This document shows, piece after piece, positions 58,010 to 63,604 of a stretch of DNA of 63,604 nt (position 1 is the first letter of the stretch; each line of letters begins with the position of its first letter). Origin of the DNA: Macrostomum lignano. Its lineage: Eukaryota. Under the pieces are notes generated by a model, which made no database searches, had not been told where the DNA came from, and worked only from the letters and a program-made list of their open reading frames with translations. The position numbers were made by a program, and so were the translations under genes. The stretch lies in NCBI GenBank assembly GCA_002269645.1, contig NIVC01002900.1, positions 67,280 to 130,883 on the forward strand, read 5' to 3'.

Positions 58010-59198
58010 GGATACCAACTGAAGGCTACCAACAGATAGCCACCAACTGAAGGCTAGCAACGGATAGCTACCAACTGAAAACTACCAACCGTAAGGCTAC
58101 CCAACCGGAAGGCTACCCAACCGGAAGGCTACCCAACCGGAAGGCTACCCAACCGGAAGGCTACCCAACCGGAAGGCTACCCAACCGGAAGGCTACCCAA
58201 CCTGAAGGCTACCCAACCGGAAGGCTACCCAACCGGAAAGCTACCCAACCGGAAGGCTACCCAGCCGGAAGGCTACCCAGCCGGAAGGCTACCCAACCGG
58301 AAGGCTACCCAACCGGAAGGCTACCCAACCGGAAGGCTACCCAACCGGAAGAGTACCCAACCGGAAGGCTACCCAACCGGAAGGCTACCCAACCGGAAAG
58401 CTACCCAACCGGAAGGCTACCCAGCCGGAAGGCTACCCAACCGGAAGGCTACCCAACCGGAAGGCTACCCAACCGGAAGGCTACCCAACCGGAAGGCTAC
58501 CCAACCGGAAGGCTACCCAACCGGAAGGCTACCCAACCGGAAGGCTACCCAACCGGAAGGCTACCCAACCGGAAGGCTACCCAACCGGAAGGCTACCCAA
58601 CCGGAAGGCTACCCAACCGGAAGGCTACCCAACCGGAAGGCTACCCAACCGGAAGGCTACCCAACCGGAAGGCTACCGAACCGGAAGGCTACCCAACCGG
58701 AAGGCTACCCAACCGGAAGGCTACCCAACCGGAAGGCTACCCAACCAGAAGGCTACCAACAGATAGCTACCAACTGAAAACTACCAACCGGAAGACTAAC
58801 CAACCAGAAGGCTACCCAACCGGAAGGCTACCCAACCGGAAGGCTACCCAACCAGAAGGCTACCAACAGATAGCTAGAATACCAACTGAAAACTACCAAC
58901 CAGAAGACTAACCAACCAGAAGGCTACCCAACCGGAAGGCTACCCAACCGGAAGACTACCCAACCGGAAGGCTACCCAACCGGAAGGCTACCCAACCGGA
59001 AGGCTACCCAACCGGAAGGCTACCCAACCGGAAGGCTACCCAGCCGGAAGGCTACCCAACCGGAAGGCTACCCAACCGGAAGGCTACCCAACCGGAAGGC
59101 TACCCAACTGGAAGGCTACCCAACCGGAAGGCCACCCAACCGGAAGGCCACCCAACCGGAAGGCTACCCAACCGGAAGGCTACCCAACCGAAAGGCTA
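58010..59198. repeat. 16-bp minisatellite (ggctacccaaccggaa)
   Basis: About 1.2-kb tandem array. Confidence 0.96.
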
Positions 59199-59225
59199 CG
59201 CACTCTCGTTCAGTGATTTATGTAT

Positions 59226-59590
59226 AAGATATTCTATGGGTTTGAGGTCGGTATGTGATTATCGACATACGGCTCTCGGGATTTAAGTGAAATACCGACC
59301 GAAAAACCCATAGAATATCTTATTTAAACTACTTTAATTTTGCGGGATGTATTCAGATAAATCCCGGAGCCATACTTGTATGTCTATGGTTGAAGTTGGG
59401 GATGGGGGTGTGGGGGCGAAGCCCCTGCTGGGGGTGTGGGGGCGAAGCCCCCACATTCTTACCATAGACAAATTTTCATTAAGAAATTTCTCGAGTCACG
59501 AAGGAAGAGAAGAGAGAAGCTCGCATATTTAGATACATTCAATAATCCTTGCAATATGTCTGGGAAAGTGATCGATTAAATCCCGCAAAA
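59226..59590. mobile_element. Foldback/MITE-like element with nested inverted repeats
   Basis: Inverted pairs at 59226-59254/59292-59321, 59338-59348/59580-59590 and 59381-59390/59461-59470, with two GGGGCGAAGCCCC hairpins in the centre. Confidence 0.5.
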
Positions 59591-60387
59591 TAAAATCTAT
59601 GTCAATAACCTCCCTGAAAGTGAGCTTTAAAGTGGTTTAAAGTATTATTGATGATGAACAAATCCGATGAATATGAAGAATATTATTTTAATATCAATAT
59701 TGTATTTGACTAAAATATCAATAGTTAGGAAACGGTGGAGAGAAAGGGAGATTCAATACAAACTTGAATATTAGAAAAGTTTAGATAGTAAATAAAGTTC
59801 AGCAGCATCAACACAAGGGTGGCAGTGCTAGTTATTACATGTCTGTCTACGCTAGCACAGGCGCATTGCTCATGGCATGATATGCAGGGGAACATCAAAC
59901 ACAAAATTGCGTTAGAAAAAGCATCATATCGTTTTCGTTGTAAAATGCGTTAACACAGCATGCATACAAATAAAAAATCTAAAAGGCTATCATAGTAATT
60001 GTAGGCTCTGTAAAAGGTCCAGTCGAAGTTAATGCAAAACAACGGAATGTGGAGAAGCTAAATCCTATTCTACTACTTAATAGTAATAACTTAATAGAAA
60101 GTTTGAGTAATTATTCAACTGCCTAATGTATACCGGTACATAAGGCCTGGTAAGAGTTTTAGGAAAGTAAAAAAAATTGCACAACAGACATTTTCAACTG
60201 AAGATGTCACAGATAAATCCGCTCGTACCGCGGCACTGCCCGACAGACAAGCGGTGTTGATGCAGAGCGAACATTTCTTATGAAAGGACATTCTCTACTT
60301 TTGGAATCTGGTTAGAGAAACTTATCTAACTGGAAGTATTATTAATTACAGCTGGCTCACTTTGACAACACCGCATGTGCTATCAGG

Positions 60388-61690
60388 GAGGGAGGGACAG
60401 ACAGGGTTCTATCACCCACAGTAGGGACAGGCAGGGTTCTATCACCCACAGTAGGGACAGGCAGGGTTCTATCACCCACAGTAGGGACAGGCAGGGTTCT
60501 ATCACCCACAGTAGGGACAGGCAGGGTTCTATCACCCACAGTAGGGACAGGCAGGGTTCTATCACCCACAGTAGGGACAGGCAGGGTTCTATCACCCACA
60601 GTAGGGACAGGCAGGGTTCTATCACCCACAGTAGGGACAGGCAGGGTTCTATCACCCACAGTAGGGACAGACAGGGTTCTATCACCCACAGTAGGGACAT
60701 GCAGGGTTCTATCACCCACAGTAGGGACAGACAGGGTTCTATCACCCACAGTAGGGACAGGCAGGGTTCTATCACCCACAGTAGGGACAGGCAGGGTTCT
60801 ATCACCCACAGTAGGGACAGACAGGGTTCTATCACCCACAGTAGGGACAGGCAGGGTTCTATCACCCACAGTAGGGACAGGCAGGGTTCTATCACCCACA
60901 GTAGGGACAGGCAGGGTTCTATCACCCACAGTAGGGACAGGCAGGGTTCTATCACCCACAGTAGGGACAGGCAGGGTTCTATCACCCACAGTAGGGACAG
61001 GCAGGGTTCTATCACCCACAGTAGGGACAGGCAGGGTTCTATCACCCACAGTAGGGACAGGCAGGGTTCTATCACCCACAGTAGGACAGGCAGGGTTCTA
61101 TCACCCACAGTAGGGACAGGCAGGGTTCTATCACCCACAGTAGGGACAGACAGGGTTCTATCACCCACAGTAGGGACAGGCAGGGTTCTATCACCCACAG
61201 TAGGGACAGACAGGGTTCTATCACCCACAGTAGGGACAGGCAGGGTTCTATCACCCACAGTAGGGACAGACAGGGTTCTATCACCCACAGTAGGGACAGG
61301 CAGGGTTCTATCACCCACAGTAGGGACAGGCAGGGTTCTATCACCCACAGTAGGGACAGGCAGGGTTCTATCACCCACAGTAGGGACATGCAGGGTTCTA
61401 TCACCCACAGTGGGACAGACAGGGTTCTATCACCCACAGTAGGGACAGGCAGGGTTCTATCACCCACAGTAGGGACATGCAGGGTTCTATCACCCACAGT
61501 GGGGACAGACAGGGTTCTATCACCCACAGTAGGGACAGGCAGGGTTCTATCACCCACAGTAGGGACAGGCAGGGTTCTATCACCCACAGTAGGGACATGC
61601 AGGGTTCTATCACCCACAGTGGGGACATGCAGGGTTCTATCACCCACAGTGGGGACATGCAGGGTTCTATCACCCACATTGTGGACAGGG
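60388..61690. repeat. 30-bp minisatellite (gtagggacaggcagggttctatcacccaca)
   Basis: About 1.3-kb tandem array. Confidence 0.97.
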
Positions 61691-62287
61691 ACATCACAGA
61701 GAAGCGAAATCTTCACCCTGCATATAGGATAAAAGCAGTTTAAGGTTGTGAACAAAGTCTTCAATGCAGTTCGCAGTCTTTATTGGGCATGAGAATGTTA
61801 CCACCATTTCATTAGAAATTTACATGGGTCAAAAATTGAAGAAACATGCAAACAGCCATCGAAAGTAATAAGAAAATATAAAATAAGATTTGGAGTACAC
61901 ATTTATTACTAACAGCATTAACAAACAAAACTTGGTATATATTCGTAGCATTCTGATTAAAAAAAAGAAAATGTCAATTTTTGATTTCTTGAACGGATCA
62001 TTTATATCGGTGTAAATGCTATTTATACCTACAGCCGAAATGCTTTAGGAATGTTCTTTAAACATGCATTTTCAGTTTGAGTAATATTTAAATCGATTTT
62101 TATTATCCGGTCAAGAGATCACTAAATTATCAGTGTAAAATTTCTTACGTAAAATGGAAAAAGTCTAACAAAAGTACATCAGAAAAACTTTTTATCAAAA
62201 GGCTGAGTACATCGAAAAAAAAGTTTTCATTTCTCTTTTTCAACCCAATAAAAGTACATGAGATTCTAAGAAATCATGAGGATTCGA

Positions 62288-63262
62288 ACTTGAAGAATTA
62301 GGATAGAAGTCCTTGAAGAATTATGATAGAAGTCCTTGAAGAACTAGGATAGAAGTCCTTGAAGAACTAGGATAGAAGTCCTTGAAGAATTATGATACAA
62401 GTCCTTGAAGAATATGATACAAGTCCTTGAAGAATTATGATACAAGTCCTTGAAGAATTAGGATAGAAGTCCTTAAATAATTAGGATACAAGTCCTTGAA
62501 GAACTATGATACAAGTCCTTGAAGAATTATGATACAAGTCCTTGAAGAATTATGATACAAGTCCTTGAAGAATTATGATAGAAGTCCTTGAAGAACTATG
62601 ATACAAGTCCTTGAAGAATTATGATACAAGTCCTTGAAGAATTAGGATAGAAGTCCTTGAAGAACTAGGATAGAAGTCCTTGAAGAATTAGGATAGAAGT
62701 CCTTGAAGAATTAGGATAGAAGTCCTTGAAGAATTAGGATAGATGTCCTTAAAGAATTAGGATAGAAGTCCTTGAAGAATTATGATAGAAGTCCTTGAAG
62801 AATTAGGATAGAAGTCCTTGAAGAATTAGGATAGAAGTCCTTAAAGAATTAGGATAGAAGTCCTTGAAGAATTATGATACAAGTCCTTAAGAATTAGGAT
62901 AGAAGTCCTTGAAGAATTATGATAGAAGTCCTTGAAGAATTAGGATAGAAGTCCTTGAAGAATTATGATAGAAGTCCTTGAAGAATTATGATAGAAGTCC
63001 TTGAAGAATTAGGATAGAAGTCCTTGAAGAATTAGGATAGAAGTCCTTGAAGAATTAGGATAGAAGTCCTTGAAGAATTAGGATAGAAGTTCTTGAAGAA
63101 TTAGGATAGAAGTCCTTGAAGAATTATGATACAAGTCCTTGAAGAATTAGGATAGAAGTCCTTGAAGAATTAGGATAGAAGTTCTTGAGGAATTAGGATA
63201 GAAGTCCTTGAAGAATTAGCATAGAAGTCCTTGAAGAAGAACTAGGATAGAAATCCTTGAAA
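62288..63262. repeat. 23-bp minisatellite (gaagtccttgaagaattaggata)
   Basis: About 1-kb tandem array. Confidence 0.96.
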
Positions 63263-63384
63263 GATCAAGCTTAGCTGAAATTGGGCTGATTGTCAGGCTC
63301 TTGTTGGCCTGGAATTACTAGCTAATTTAACGCCTGATCATTGCTTAAGTCTACAATAACCTCATAATTCACTTTATCACATAG

Positions 63385-63604
63385 CTATATCGTTATGTAA
63401 TGTGTCTGCTTAAAGACCCGTAACCCGAAGAGCAACACAGACAGCAGCAGAAGCAAGAGGTGGCCCATCAACAAGCCATGCTGCAGTTGCAGTCGCCCCG
63501 CCGCATTGCAATAGTCTCCTTTGCAGTAGCACATCTCTGTAGTGCTTCCAGCGCCGTACAGCATGTGACACCGACGCCCATTGCTTTGGGAATCTCGGCG
63601 CAGT
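63385..63604 (-). CDS. 3' part of a second Ly6/uPAR (quiver-like) gene, truncated by the window end
   Basis: 63484-63604 is the reverse complement of 21245-21366 apart from one missing base (...MCYCKGDYCNAAGRLQL). It then diverges into QHGLLMGHLLLLLLSVLLFGLRVFKQTHYITI*. Confidence 0.85.
   Translation of the reverse strand, partial: LRRDSQSNGRRCHMLYGAGSTTEMCYCKGDYCNAAGRLQLQHGLLMGHLLLLLLSVLLFGLRVFKQTHYITI

Noticed and set aside
9730-63262. Tandem arrays as CRISPR loci
   Set aside because: The units abut with no unique spacers, there are no cas genes, and the context is eukaryotic introns.

Overview
Eukaryotic (animal) genomic DNA with GC-rich spliced exons, GT-AG introns and a different minisatellite in nearly every large intron. 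The style suggests a flatworm such as Macrostomum, but this is an inference. Reconstructed genes: a membrane-anchored KIM-type tyrosine phosphatase (+, 7291-12053); a Noc2/rabphilin-type Rab effector (-, 15286-16578); a single-exon Ly6/uPAR (quiver-like) gene (+, 20938-21429) plus a near-identical inverted paralog cut by the window end (-, 63385-63604); UBTD1/2 (+, 22493-25024); a large EML (HELP/WD40) gene with an unusual EF-hand-like N-terminal half (+, about 32346-49047); and an anion-selective GluCl/GlyR-like Cys-loop subunit (-, 51962-57538). Mobile elements: an apparently intact Chapaev DNA transposon (16840-19809, CAC...GTG ends, ~128-bp TIRs, AAGT TSD); a very young Mag-clade Gypsy LTR element (35548-40070) inside an EML intron; decayed LINE fragments; a hAT MITE; a CORE-like SINE; and a candidate solo LTR. 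No prokaryotic systems, CRISPR arrays or rRNA were seen. Scattered single-base indels suggest long-read consensus errors. All assignments come from manual motif recognition and no searches were run.
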